Shown: one piece after another, positions 1-9,978 of the stretch | Numbering within the stretch: the first letter of the stretch is position 1 | How the letters are laid out: every line of letters begins with the position of its first letter | NCBI GenBank assembly: GCA_937934705.1 | Contig: CALGYY010000047.1 | Span: 1-54,847, forward strand | DNA from: an uncultured Bacteroidota bacterium | GTDB lineage: Bacteria; Bacteroidota; Bacteroidia; Bacteroidales; CAIWKO01 | DNA length: 54,847 bases | Reading direction: 5' to 3' | Translations under genes and position numbers: made by a program | The notes under the pieces: generated by a model | What the model was told of the DNA's origin: nothing | The model's database searches: none | What the model saw: only the letters and a program-made list of their open reading frames with translations

Positions 1-198
1 ACCGCACGCGGCAGTGGCCTGTGGGACGGGAGTGTAAGCTGTCGGCGGTTTCACGAGGGCGCAGCCCGACGTGAAAATTGCCTTAGGGCGAGAAAAAAGC
101 GCTTTTGTTACTTTTGGCGCGACAAAAGTAAGGCAATGAAAAACTGAACTTTCAGATTGCTCAGGAGTGAATTCCAGACCACTGAATAATGACCTGAA

Positions 199-237
199 CA
201 AAAAGGAAAAGGTTCGGGTGCGGAAGACTCCCGAACC
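199..237 (-). terminator. Rho-independent terminator downstream of lnt
   Basis: 8-bp GC-rich stem GGTTCGGG (211-218) / CCCGAACC (230-237). An A-rich run at 199-210 on the + strand gives a T-rich tail on the - strand just after the lnt stop at 293. Confidence 0.6.
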
Positions 238-292
238 TTATGATGCTTTTAAAGCGATCACTCAATTTTTATATTCCTTTTATCAAATCCAG

Positions 293-1945
293 CTATTTCA
301 GTATCCCCGGATTTTTTTTCTTCTGAATAATCCTGAACCTCATATTCAACAGCAGCGCGACCAGATAAACGATAAAAAAAGCATAGGCAAAGTACTGGGT
401 GATGTTGCCCAGATAATCGCCGAAACGGACATAGAAGGTCTTTCTGTTTGTGGCATTAAGTGTATGGCTGATCACACGGGGTTCCCAGTAAGAAGTGGCC
501 ATCAGAATATCACCGCGTTGGTTGATAAAGGCGGAAATCCCGGTATTTGCTGAACGGGCAATGCTTCTGCGCGTTTCAATGGCTCTCAGTCTTGCATATT
601 GGAGATGCTGACGGTGACCGGGCGTGTCTTCCCACCAGCCATCATTGGTGATAATGAAAATCAGTTGCGCCCCGTTTCGGATATAGCCAGTCACAAAATC
701 ACCATAGATGGACTCATAACAAATCACCGGTGCCACTTTGATTTCATCGCTGGCCGGGCCCAGGGCGCTGCGCACATCCTGTGTCAGATGGCTCCCGGTC
801 ATCCCGCCGAGATCGATCGCAAATTTTTCCAGCGGCTTCAGTAATTTGGGAAAGGGCATCTTTTCTACTCCCGGGACAAGTTTCGACTTATGATAGAGCT
901 GAGCATTATAAGAAGAGTCCAGATACATGGCTGTATTGCACACATCATAATGATACTGGCCATCGCCAGAGAGACGAGCCGTTTCCGTGATCTTCTCTCC
1001 CTTATCATAAATCACATAGGAGGATATCCCGATCACCACCTTTAACTGCGGAAAATCAGCGATCAGGGCCTTCAGGCTGTCAATACTTTGTGATTCGTTG
1101 AGTTCATCTTCAACAATCCCTTCAGGTATGGCAGTTTCAGGACATACCAGGTAGTCTGTCTCCGAATCCACTTTCTCCCTGGCCAGGCTGATGATGCGGT
1201 CCAGCTGCTGCTGGGAGGTCATCCCTCCGAATTTTTCGTTGTACGGATCAATGTTGGGTTGAACAACGACAATATTGACCGGGCTCCCTTTTTCACGATA
1301 GGCGTGATAAATCACCTGCGACAGAATAATGGGCACGACGAGTAATACAGCTGCGGAAGAACCAAAGAGCAACACCCGGCTTTTAACTTTTACGAGTCCA
1401 AATGCAAATTTCAGTGCCAGATAGATGAGTATGTTCACGCCCAACACCCATGCCGTACCCCCCAGTGTTCCCGTATAGGCATACCATTGTACCCAGGATG
1501 GATAAGCTGCAAATCCGTTTCCCAGGTTCAGCCATGACCATGTCAGGTCCCAGTCAAGATGCAGATATTCAAAAGTGATCCAGAAAAAAATGAGTACATA
1601 ATAACCTCTTCTTCCTTTGAAGAGATTTCGTCGCAGCATATGGTAAAAGTGGAACACCAAGGCCATAAAGAGCGCGTTGAATACAACAGCCATGATGACG
1701 CCAAACAGGGTTGAATAATAAATCCACCAGGTAGTCAGCAGATTCCAGATAAAAAAGGCGAGATAGGCATACAGAAAAAAACTGCCTCGTTTAAAATTAT
1801 GCCTGTTTTGGGTGATATAATCCTCAGCAAAAAGCAATGGAATAAATGCAATGAAGAGCAGTCCGGGAAACCCCCTTGCAGGCCAGCTTAGCCAAAGCAG
1901 CAGTCCGGTCAGAACAGCCAGTAGTATGAGGTGAATTTTCTTCAT
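293..1945 (-). CDS. lnt: Apolipoprotein N-acyltransferase
   Basis: 550-aa ORF. Multi-TM N-terminal half followed by a CN-hydrolase domain (VVQPNIDPYNEKF, VICYESIYGDF), the typical Lnt architecture. Confidence 0.9.
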   Translation of the reverse strand: MKKIHLILLAVLTGLLLWLSWPARGFPGLLFIAFIPLLFAEDYITQNRHNFKRGSFFLYAYLAFFIWNLLTTWWIYYSTLFGVIMAVVFNALFMALVFHFYHMLRRNLFKGRRGYYVLIFFWITFEYLHLDWDLTWSWLNLGNGFAAYPSWVQWYAYTGTLGGTAWVLGVNILIYLALKFAFGLVKVKSRVLLFGSSAAVLLVVPIILSQVIYHAYREKGSPVNIVVVQPNIDPYNEKFGGMTSQQQLDRIISLAREKVDSETDYLVCPETAIPEGIVEDELNESQSIDSLKALIADFPQLKVVIGISSYVIYDKGEKITETARLSGDGQYHYDVCNTAMYLDSSYNAQLYHKSKLVPGVEKMPFPKLLKPLEKFAIDLGGMTGSHLTQDVRSALGPASDEIKVAPVICYESIYGDFVTGYIRNGAQLIFIITNDGWWEDTPGHRQHLQYARLRAIETRRSIARSANTGISAFINQRGDILMATSYWEPRVISHTLNATNRKTFYVRFGDYLGNITQYFAYAFFIVYLVALLLNMRFRIIQKKKNPGILK

Positions 1946-1973
1946 GTTTTGTCGTCACCAAAATTACTAAAAA

Positions 1974-3644
1974 TCAACGATCAGTCCTCCAGCCGAAAGC
2001 CGATGTTCTGATTCCCACCATAAAGAACAAACCCCAGGAATCAGAAGCTGCCACCTTTTGATTTCTGAACGAAAGCTCAGCTTCTGCCCGGAGGTTCATT
2101 GCCGGATTGATGATACAAGCGGCCCTCAGCGCACCATAGAGGGTCAGGGATCGTATACCCTGTCCGATGCTGTTATAATACTGTTGCACCGGGACATTAT
2201 CAAGTTCGGGGAAGTATGAGTCAAAGGTTGATTGAAAAATGTCGGCCCCAAAATGTGTTCCCGCGGAATCCCGACCCTGTTGCAGCCACATGAACTGCAC
2301 TTCCGAATACCATCGTTTATGGTGATAGCGGATAAAAAAGAGGAACTCCGAAAAGTTGGCTCCTGCCGGGTGCGCCAGGGGTTCGTTGTAGTGCGCGTAA
2401 TTCACATTCGACAGGCGGTGACTGTATGTATAAGGCCGGGCGGCATTGTATTCGGCCTGTACACCCATTCCTTTGAGGCCGAAAATATCATAAGCACTGA
2501 ATCCGAGTTGCCAGGCCTGCTTGTTGGTCCAGTAACCGTAAACGTCCCCGCTGTCGGCAGATCCGAACCATTGCCTGATCCTGTTTACACTGCCTGAGCT
2601 GAACTCGCCAATGATAATATCATCCATCAGGAACTGACCGTAGAAGAAATTCTTCCGTCCCACTTTTACCTTCAAACTAACTCCCATCAGACTGTTGTCG
2701 GGACTCCCTATGGCAAACTCAACGGGACGGTAAAAAATAAACGGATTGATATAGTTGACATCAAATCCTCTTTTCGAAACGCTGTCGCCGGCCTGCCAGA
2801 TAATGGCTTCAAAAAAGCCGATGTTTACCCGCTTATGTATATCCCAACTCAGAAAATGAAAGCTGCCGTATTTGGTCCGCATCTGGTCCCAGCGCCCTGA
2901 AGAGGTCATGCGCATGTCTTTCATCTGAGCATATAGGTTGACATATTTAATTTTCCAAACGGAAGTGGTGATTTTAATATAGGGATAGCTGAATGATCCA
3001 TCGGAGATGAAAAAACTGCGGTAGCCATCCCCCCAGAAATTACGCCCCATGCCGGCTTCCACATTGAAATGCCTGAGGAAATTGTAATTGATCCAGCCTG
3101 CGCCGTCCCACGAGTAATATCCACCCAGAGCTGATCTGTGCGCATATCCCATGGCCGGCAGCACCCGTGTGGCTTTCACTTTCTCATTCAGTGCGGCCGG
3201 CAGGCTGGTTTGATTGAAGCGCACATAGCCCCCGGCAGAAAAGGATTTTCCGGCATCTACAGCGGTTTTTAGTCCGAGCCCCCCGCCCCCTGTAATACCA
3301 TTTCCTTTCACTTCTACGCCGGCATACAAATCAATCAATGGATCTAATTTTATGCTGGTCTTACCCCATTTCAGGTCGAGGATATGGGAACTGACTTTCC
3401 GCGGCTTCAGGATGCCCATATACAGAAGGTCGCTGATACTGTCATCAGCATTGATCCGTACCTGCTTTTCCATAGCCGGCAGAATGGCGGCAAAGCGGCT
3501 CTCCCCGGCCACACTCCATTCAGCACGCACTGTTTCACGCGGGCCCCAGAACAACTCCCGGTATGCCTGCTGAGCTTTCAGTCCGAAAGGTATAAGCATC
3601 CAAAGGAGGCCGGCAGGGATCAGATATGTCAGGGTCCTTCTCAT
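1974..3644 (-). CDS. Wzi/RemB-like outer-membrane (capsule assembly / gliding-associated) family protein
   Basis: 556-aa ORF with a signal peptide. Motifs GDGYRSFFISDGSFSYPYIKI, ARPYTYSH and LAHPAGANFSEF are shared with the adjacent paralog. It ends 28 bp upstream of lnt. Confidence 0.65.
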   Translation of the reverse strand: MRRTLTYLIPAGLLWMLIPFGLKAQQAYRELFWGPRETVRAEWSVAGESRFAAILPAMEKQVRINADDSISDLLYMGILKPRKVSSHILDLKWGKTSIKLDPLIDLYAGVEVKGNGITGGGGLGLKTAVDAGKSFSAGGYVRFNQTSLPAALNEKVKATRVLPAMGYAHRSALGGYYSWDGAGWINYNFLRHFNVEAGMGRNFWGDGYRSFFISDGSFSYPYIKITTSVWKIKYVNLYAQMKDMRMTSSGRWDQMRTKYGSFHFLSWDIHKRVNIGFFEAIIWQAGDSVSKRGFDVNYINPFIFYRPVEFAIGSPDNSLMGVSLKVKVGRKNFFYGQFLMDDIIIGEFSSGSVNRIRQWFGSADSGDVYGYWTNKQAWQLGFSAYDIFGLKGMGVQAEYNAARPYTYSHRLSNVNYAHYNEPLAHPAGANFSEFLFFIRYHHKRWYSEVQFMWLQQGRDSAGTHFGADIFQSTFDSYFPELDNVPVQQYYNSIGQGIRSLTLYGALRAACIINPAMNLRAEAELSFRNQKVAASDSWGLFFMVGIRTSAFGWRTDR

Positions 3645-3646
3645 CC

Positions 3647-5275
3647 TTACCAGTCGAAATATTGATTCATAAAACTTGTTTTCAGGCCCAGGCTCAGCAA
3701 AAGATTGTTCTGGTTTTGAAGCGCTGACGTATAGTTACGGTATGCGATACCGATCTCTCCACTCAATCCGTATCGCGGATTGAGGAGGTAACCGAACCTG
3801 AAACCTGCATGGTTCAGCTGGTACTGCACACCTTGTCCCGTATGGTTTCCGACGGAATTATAAGCATTTTCAGCCCTGGTATCAGAAAGAAAAATATCCG
3901 AGCCCCAATGCGTATCACCCTCATCACCACCCCCTGAAGCCCATTGATATTGCATACCCGCGTAGAAGCGCTTGTAGCGGTAATTCAGCAACAACAATGC
4001 TTCCGAAAAGTTCGCGCCCAGCGGATGTGCCAGTGCCTGATTGTTGTGCGTATAGCTTTGCAAAGCATCCTGATGTCCGTATGTATATGGCCTTACACGG
4101 TTAAATTCGGTTTGTAACATCAGATTGGGGAGGCCGGCCACATGGAAGTATTTCAGTCCGATTTGCCATCCCGTTTTTGTCTTCTGGTAGGTCCAGACCG
4201 AGGGCTTTCTGAAATGGATATCATCCACCACAAATTGTCCGTACACCTGAACAGAGCGGCTGGGCCGAAACGAAACATTCGTTCCGATGATGACGTTGTT
4301 CCTGTCATAAAGAGAATAGCGGATCGTATTGAGAAACAGAACAGGGATCCACTGATTGATATTGAAAGCCGGATCCTTCAGTCCGCGTGATTTCCAGATC
4401 ACGCCCTCAAAGAGTCCGAGCTGCATCCATTTTGTCACATGAATGCTCAGGTAATTGAAGGTCGCACCCTTTTTCTGGTAACCATTGTACCAAATGACCG
4501 GCGCATCAAGCACGCTATCCGTATCCAGGTTCTGATAGCCCGCGAAGAGGCTGACATACTCGAATCGGTTGAAGCGGGCTGATATTTTAAGGAAGGGATA
4601 ATTGTAACTGTTATCCGACAACATGAGTGAGCGGTATCCGTCGCCGAAAAAATTCTTGCCATAGCCCAGTTGCAGGTTCAGGAAGCGCCATGGGTTATAT
4701 GAAACCCAGGCAGTAGCCAGTCCAAAGTCATAGGCATCAGCTTTGAAATCCTTCACGCGGTTCATGCCCGGCACCACCTGGTAATGCTGAACAAAGTCAC
4801 CGATCCAGGACGAGAAGCGCGCCTGGGATTCCAGGTATGAAGAATAGAAAGACAAGTGGTGTCCGAAGCCTCCCGATAGCTGAAGGCCACGGCCGTTGCT
4901 GTACAGCATTTTCTGATCCATGAGATCATAGCCTGCGCTCAGGTCCAGTAAAGGATCGGCAGCAATATAAAACCCGGAAGTGTCGGCCCGGAGGAAGTGT
5001 TCATAGAGGATTTTCCTGACGATCCACCGCTTTCCTTTTCCTTCGAGTCTGGCGCCCGGGGCCCAGAGGGAATCGGATCGTGAGACCGTGAATTCACTCC
5101 CGCTGACGAGTGGTTTGATGGAGGTGTGAACACCCCTGGCGTCGGGGCTGAATGAGGCCTCAAGATATAGAGTTCTGCTCTTTTCCAGGGGAATCAGGGT
5201 CTGACCGGTAGTTTGAATAACCGGAAAGACAAGAACAAACAAAATCCACCTGAAAGCGGCCTTCATGAGGGTCAT
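3647..5275 (-). CDS. Wzi/RemB-like outer-membrane family protein (tandem paralog)
   Basis: The ORF runs to 5293. The likely start is Met at 5275 or 5266 (MKAAFRWILFVLVF signal peptide), because the ferritin terminator occupies 5292-5314. Motifs GDGYRSLMLSDNSYNYPFLKI, VRPYTYGH and LAHPLGANFSEA are present. Confidence 0.65.
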   Translation of the reverse strand: MTLMKAAFRWILFVLVFPVIQTTGQTLIPLEKSRTLYLEASFSPDARGVHTSIKPLVSGSEFTVSRSDSLWAPGARLEGKGKRWIVRKILYEHFLRADTSGFYIAADPLLDLSAGYDLMDQKMLYSNGRGLQLSGGFGHHLSFYSSYLESQARFSSWIGDFVQHYQVVPGMNRVKDFKADAYDFGLATAWVSYNPWRFLNLQLGYGKNFFGDGYRSLMLSDNSYNYPFLKISARFNRFEYVSLFAGYQNLDTDSVLDAPVIWYNGYQKKGATFNYLSIHVTKWMQLGLFEGVIWKSRGLKDPAFNINQWIPVLFLNTIRYSLYDRNNVIIGTNVSFRPSRSVQVYGQFVVDDIHFRKPSVWTYQKTKTGWQIGLKYFHVAGLPNLMLQTEFNRVRPYTYGHQDALQSYTHNNQALAHPLGANFSEALLLLNYRYKRFYAGMQYQWASGGGDEGDTHWGSDIFLSDTRAENAYNSVGNHTGQGVQYQLNHAGFRFGYLLNPRYGLSGEIGIAYRNYTSALQNQNNLLLSLGLKTSFMNQYFDW

Positions 5276-5291
5276 TTCAGCAAAAATAAAC

Positions 5292-5314
5292 AAAAAAGCC
5301 GGGCAGTGCCCGGC
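5292..5314 (-). terminator. Rho-independent terminator downstream of the ferritin gene
   Basis: Perfect 7-bp stem GCCGGGC (5298-5304) / GCCCGGC (5308-5314) with a 3-nt loop. It is followed on the - strand by TTTTTT (5292-5297), 19 bp after the ferritin stop. Confidence 0.75.
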
Positions 5315-5332
5315 CTCAGAATCCCGTTCGGA

Positions 5333-5848
5333 TTATTCCTGCGCGGTAAGGGGATCAACAAATACCCTTGCCTTCATTTCACGATCAAGTAAAAGCAGGC
5401 CGTGTCCCTTACCTTCAACGATCTTCAACTGCTCCAGGATCTCTGTTGCAGAAGCTTCTTCTTCCACCTGCTCTTTAACGAACCATTGCAGGAAGTTGGC
5501 TGATGCATGGTCTCTTTCCTGAAGTGCCAGGTCAAGCAGATTGTGAATCAGTTTGGTCACATGCTGCTCATGCTTCAGTGTTGCTTCAAAAACCCCGATG
5601 GCGCCCTTCCAGTTGGAATCGGGTTTGGCAATTGCCTGAAGGGTGACTTTCCCGCCGCGTTCGTGTACAAAGCTGTACATCATCATCGCGTGGGCATTCT
5701 CTTCTTTTACCTGGATATTCATCCAGTTGGCAAAACCATTCAGGTTACTGTCAGTAAAATAAGCGGCCATCTGCAGATACAGGTATGAAGAATACAATTC
5801 TGCATTGATCTGGTCATTGAAAGCCTTTTCCATTTTTTTGCTTAACAT
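5333..5848 (-). CDS. ftnA: Non-heme ferritin
   Basis: 171 aa. The N-terminus LSKKMEKAFNDQINAELYSSYLYLQMAAYF and the ferroxidase-centre Glu/His pattern are typical of bacterial ferritin. Confidence 0.9.
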   Translation of the reverse strand: MLSKKMEKAFNDQINAELYSSYLYLQMAAYFTDSNLNGFANWMNIQVKEENAHAMMMYSFVHERGGKVTLQAIAKPDSNWKGAIGVFEATLKHEQHVTKLIHNLLDLALQERDHASANFLQWFVKEQVEEEASATEILEQLKIVEGKGHGLLLLDREMKARVFVDPLTAQE

Positions 5849-6002
5849 ATATTAATCTCCTATAATTAAATTCATTTTGTGATGCAAATATACAAAAAAA
5901 TGGCTTACGGATGGCCTAAAAAGGGATGAAAAAGGCTGTTCCTATGATGTTATCACCGGCTCCTCATGAAGCCAAAATACCTGTCCTGCAGGTTCAGCAG
6001 GA

Positions 6003-6884
6003 TTAGCCTTTCAGGGCATTGGCACCTGAGATGATCTCCAGGATTTCTTTTGTGATAGAGGCCTGCCGGGCTTTGTTATAAGTGAGCCGGAGTTCCTTGA
6101 GTATATTGTCGGCGTTGTCGGTGGCTTTGTGCATGGCAGTCATACGGGCACCATGCTCTGATGCAAACGAATCAAGAAGGGCCTTATAAACCTGGACTTT
6201 AAGTGTTTTCGGAACCAGTTCGCTGACGATGGAGGCTTGATCGGGCTCAAAAATATACTCTGTCTGATCAATTTTGTTACCGGCCTCCTTCACCTCGGGA
6301 ACAGGCAGGTATTGCTCGCAGACGAGGGTTTGCACGGCCGCATTGCGAAACTGGTTATAGATGATTTCGATACGGTCATACTGCCCGTCCACAAAAGCTT
6401 TCATCAGCATTGAAGAGATCTGCAGTGAGTTCTCATAGGTCAGTTGATCGAAGATCTGGTTATTTTGTCCGACAATCTGAAACTTACGGCGCTGGAAATA
6501 CTCTCCGCCTTTTTTTCCGATACACAGGAGTGACATCTGGCCGTTTTTCTGCTGTTCGGGATACTTTTCCCTGATGGTTTGCAGGGCCAGCTTGATGACA
6601 TTTGAATTGAAAGCTCCGCATAAACCACGGTTAGAGGTCACAATGACCAGGAGAACATGATTGAGTTTGTTCTGCCTGAAATATACGGCTTCTTCTGCTG
6701 TGCCCACACTGGACTTCAGCCGGCTGAGGATTTCATTCAGCTTGGCTGAATAAGGGCGCAGCTTCAGGATAGAGGTTTGCGCACGCCTCAGCTTCGCGGC
6801 CGAAACCATCTTCATTGCACTGGTGATCTGCTTGGTGGAGATCACCGAGTTAATCCTGGTCCTGACTTCTTTTAAACTCGGCAT
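6003..6884 (-). CDS. atpG: F0F1 ATP synthase subunit gamma
   Basis: 293 aa. MPSLKEVRTRINSVISTKQITSAMKMVSAAKLRRAQ and the C-terminal ITKEILEIISGANAL are canonical gamma-subunit ends. Confidence 0.95.
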   Translation of the reverse strand: MPSLKEVRTRINSVISTKQITSAMKMVSAAKLRRAQTSILKLRPYSAKLNEILSRLKSSVGTAEEAVYFRQNKLNHVLLVIVTSNRGLCGAFNSNVIKLALQTIREKYPEQQKNGQMSLLCIGKKGGEYFQRRKFQIVGQNNQIFDQLTYENSLQISSMLMKAFVDGQYDRIEIIYNQFRNAAVQTLVCEQYLPVPEVKEAGNKIDQTEYIFEPDQASIVSELVPKTLKVQVYKALLDSFASEHGARMTAMHKATDNADNILKELRLTYNKARQASITKEILEIISGANALKG

Positions 6885-6908
6885 GTTGTTATGACCTTAT
6901 CTTCAAAT

Positions 6909-8492
6909 CTATTTTTCGTATTTCGCAGCGATTTCCCTGGCTACTTTGTTCAGCACAGCGATAATCTCATCTGTGAGCTGACCGGCAGCAAGTCCATCGA
7001 GGATTTCTTTATGAAAGGTGTCGAGGTGGTGCAGGAAGCTTTCCTGAAAATCGGCCACACTTTTCACCGGCACTTTCTGCAACAAACCTTTGGTTCCGCA
7101 GTAGATGATGGCGATCTGGTGCGCCACCTTCATGGGTGAATACTGCGGCTGTTTAAGAATCTCCACATTCCTTATCCCTTTGTCAAGTACAGCGCGGGTG
7201 GCCGCATCGAGATCGGAGCCGAATTTCGAAAAGGCTTCCAACTCACGGAACTGAGCCTGGTCGAGCTTAAGCGTTCCTGCCACCTTCTTCATCGATTTGA
7301 TCTGTGCGTTACCGCCAACGCGTGACACGGAGATTCCCACGTTGATAGCCGGACGTATCCCCGAGTTGAACAGATTGTTTTCGAGGAAGATCTGTCCGTC
7401 AGTAATCGAAATCACATTGGTGGGAATATAGGCGGAAACGTCACCTGCCTGGGTTTCAATAACGGGCAGTGCTGTCAGGGAGCCGCCGCCTTTCACCAGC
7501 GGACGAAGGGACTCTGGCAGGTCATTCATTTTTTTTGCAATCTCATCCGAGGTGATAACTCTGGCGGCTCGTTCCAGCAGACGTGAATGGAGGTAAAAAA
7601 CATCTCCGGGGTAGGCTTCACGTCCCGGTGGACGGCGTAAGAGGAGAGACACCTCACGATAGGCCACGGCCTGCTTCGAAAGGTCATCGTAAATCACCAG
7701 TGCGGGACGGCCGGTATCACGGAAGAATTCACCGATCGCAGCTCCGGCAAAAGGCGCATAAAACTGCATAGCAGCCGGATCCGAAGCCGTGGCTGAAACA
7801 ACGATGGTATAAGGCATGGCGCCTTTGTCTTCTAAGGTCTTAACGATATTGGCTACCGTTGAGCCTTTCTGTCCGACAGCAACATAGATGCAGTATACCG
7901 GTTTTCCCGCTTCATAATTCGTTTTCTGGTTGATGATGGTATCAATGGCGATGGCCGTTTTTCCTGTCTGACGGTCGCCAATGATCAGCTCCCTCTGCCC
8001 TCTTCCGATGGGAATCATTGCATCGATGGCTTTGATCCCTGTTTGCAGGGGTTCATTCACCGGCTGACGGAAAATAACGCCCGGGGCTTTGCGCTCCAGC
8101 GGCATTTCGTAAACCGCGCCTTCCACAGGTCCCTTGCCGTCGATCGGCTGACCAATAGAATTAATAACACGGCCCAACATTCCTTCGCCCACATTGATCG
8201 AGGCAATCTTTCCGGTGCGCTTCACCACATCACCTTCCTGAATACGGTTGGATTCTCCGAGCAGCACAATCCCCACATTGTCTTCTTCCAGGTTGAGCAC
8301 GATGCCCATGATGTCTGCCTTTTCAAATTCAACGAGTTCGCCCGACTCGGCATTGGCCAGTCCGTAGGCACGGGCGATGCCGTCGCCGACCTGCAATACC
8401 GTTCCCACCTCTTCAAGTTCAGATTCATATTTGAATCCTGCCAGTTGCTGTTTCAGAATTGCTGAAACTTCTGCCGGTTTAATTTCTGCCAT
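6909..8492 (-). CDS. atpA: F0F1 ATP synthase subunit alpha
   Basis: 527 aa. Walker A GDRQTGKT plus alpha-subunit-wide similarity ([23 protein letters not shown]). Confidence 0.97.
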   Translation of the reverse strand: MAEIKPAEVSAILKQQLAGFKYESELEEVGTVLQVGDGIARAYGLANAESGELVEFEKADIMGIVLNLEEDNVGIVLLGESNRIQEGDVVKRTGKIASINVGEGMLGRVINSIGQPIDGKGPVEGAVYEMPLERKAPGVIFRQPVNEPLQTGIKAIDAMIPIGRGQRELIIGDRQTGKTAIAIDTIINQKTNYEAGKPVYCIYVAVGQKGSTVANIVKTLEDKGAMPYTIVVSATASDPAAMQFYAPFAGAAIGEFFRDTGRPALVIYDDLSKQAVAYREVSLLLRRPPGREAYPGDVFYLHSRLLERAARVITSDEIAKKMNDLPESLRPLVKGGGSLTALPVIETQAGDVSAYIPTNVISITDGQIFLENNLFNSGIRPAINVGISVSRVGGNAQIKSMKKVAGTLKLDQAQFRELEAFSKFGSDLDAATRAVLDKGIRNVEILKQPQYSPMKVAHQIAIIYCGTKGLLQKVPVKSVADFQESFLHHLDTFHKEILDGLAAGQLTDEIIAVLNKVAREIAAKYEK

Positions 8493-8518
8493 AGCTATGA
8501 TCTTGTTTTATGATGCTT

Positions 8519-9076
8519 TTAAAGTTTTTTTTCGTATACATTGACATTGAATTCTCGTGTCAGCTTCTTGATCTTCCTCAGTATAGAAGCATCCAGCTGG
8601 CGGTCTTCCACCGATAACACAAAGCCGCCGATGAGTTCCGGTTTAATCATGGTTTCCAGTTCAATCTCAGCTTTCAACTGCTCTTTCAGCATGTTGACAA
8701 TACGTTCTTTGACGGAAGCATCCACGCTTATGGCTGTAGTCAGCTTGGCGGTTTTGATGTTCTTCCATTCCCGGTATAAAAGGACATATTGCTCAGCGAT
8801 CTCCGGAAGGAAGGTTTCTCTCCTCTTGCGTGCAATGATATCGGAATAAGCCAGCGTGGTCGCATGAAAATGTTTGCCGAACAACTCGTGAACGACCTTG
8901 TTCTTTTTATCGAATCTGATGACCGGACTTTGCAGCATAACTCTGAACTCTTTGCTGTCGCGGCAGACCTGCGCCAGAAGTTGCATATCGCTGAACACAT
9001 CCTGACGGATATTCTGCTCGCCGGCAAGCTCAAAGAGTGCTTTCGCGTAACGGGAGGCTAATCTGATGGGTCTCAT
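8519..9076 (-). CDS. atpH: F0F1 ATP synthase subunit delta (OSCP)
   Basis: 185 aa. N-terminus ASRYAKALFELA, C-terminal IGGFVLSVEDRQLDASI, and a position between atpF and atpA. Confidence 0.85.
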   Translation of the reverse strand: MRPIRLASRYAKALFELAGEQNIRQDVFSDMQLLAQVCRDSKEFRVMLQSPVIRFDKKNKVVHELFGKHFHATTLAYSDIIARKRRETFLPEIAEQYVLLYREWKNIKTAKLTTAISVDASVKERIVNMLKEQLKAEIELETMIKPELIGGFVLSVEDRQLDASILRKIKKLTREFNVNVYEKKL

Positions 9077-9094
9077 CTTGCTTGAATTTTTCGC

Positions 9095-9589
9095 CTAATT
9101 GAAGTTCACTTCACCCAGCATTTTATCGATCAGCTGCTTTTGCTTGTCATCCTTCGACAATTCCTGGCTGAGAACCTTCTCCGCGATCTCAATAGACAGA
9201 ACAGCGATCTGGTTTTTCAGTTCGGTGATGGCTGCCATTTTTTCATAATGGATGCTCTGGCGGGCATTCTCGATAATGCGGTCTGCTTCAGCATTGGCCT
9301 TCTCCCGGGCTTCTTCGATGATGGCTTCGCGCACTTTCCGGGCTTCCCTGAGGATGTCGTCGCGCTCTTCCTTGGCCTGTTTCAGCAATTCTTCATTGCT
9401 GAACTTGAGTTCTTTCATTTCCTCACGGGCTTTTTCAGCCTCATTCAGGGCGTCAGCAATACGGTGCTCACGTTCTTTTAAGGACTTCATCACCGGTTTC
9501 CATGCATATTTTCCCAGCACCAGCAGGAGGAAAAAGAAAGCTATGGTCATCCAGAAAATGAGGCCCAGACTCGGAGTTACAAGTTCCAT
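9095..9589 (-). CDS. atpF: F0F1 ATP synthase subunit b
   Basis: 164 aa. A single N-terminal TM helix followed by a long charged coiled coil. Lies between atpE and atpH. Confidence 0.85.
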   Translation of the reverse strand: MELVTPSLGLIFWMTIAFFFLLLVLGKYAWKPVMKSLKEREHRIADALNEAEKAREEMKELKFSNEELLKQAKEERDDILREARKVREAIIEEAREKANAEADRIIENARQSIHYEKMAAITELKNQIAVLSIEIAEKVLSQELSKDDKQKQLIDKMLGEVNFN

Positions 9590-9673
9590 ATCTTGGATAT
9601 TTTCAGTTATTGATTCTTTTTAAACATCCTTCCGGCCCTGACCAACCGTCAGGGTCAGAAGGACGGGGACCAC

Positions 9674-9955
<282 letters not shown>

Positions 9956-9978
9956 TTAGTGAATAAAAAGAGCCTGTA

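Noticed and set aside
5877-5893. CRP-like half-site (TGTGA-tgcaaa-TATAC) upstream of the ferritin gene
   Set aside because: Only one half-site matches. The other half has three mismatches, which is compatible with chance.
5975-5998. Terminator downstream of atpG (CCTGC...GCAGG)
   Set aside because: It has only a 5-bp stem and no clear T-tract on the - strand.
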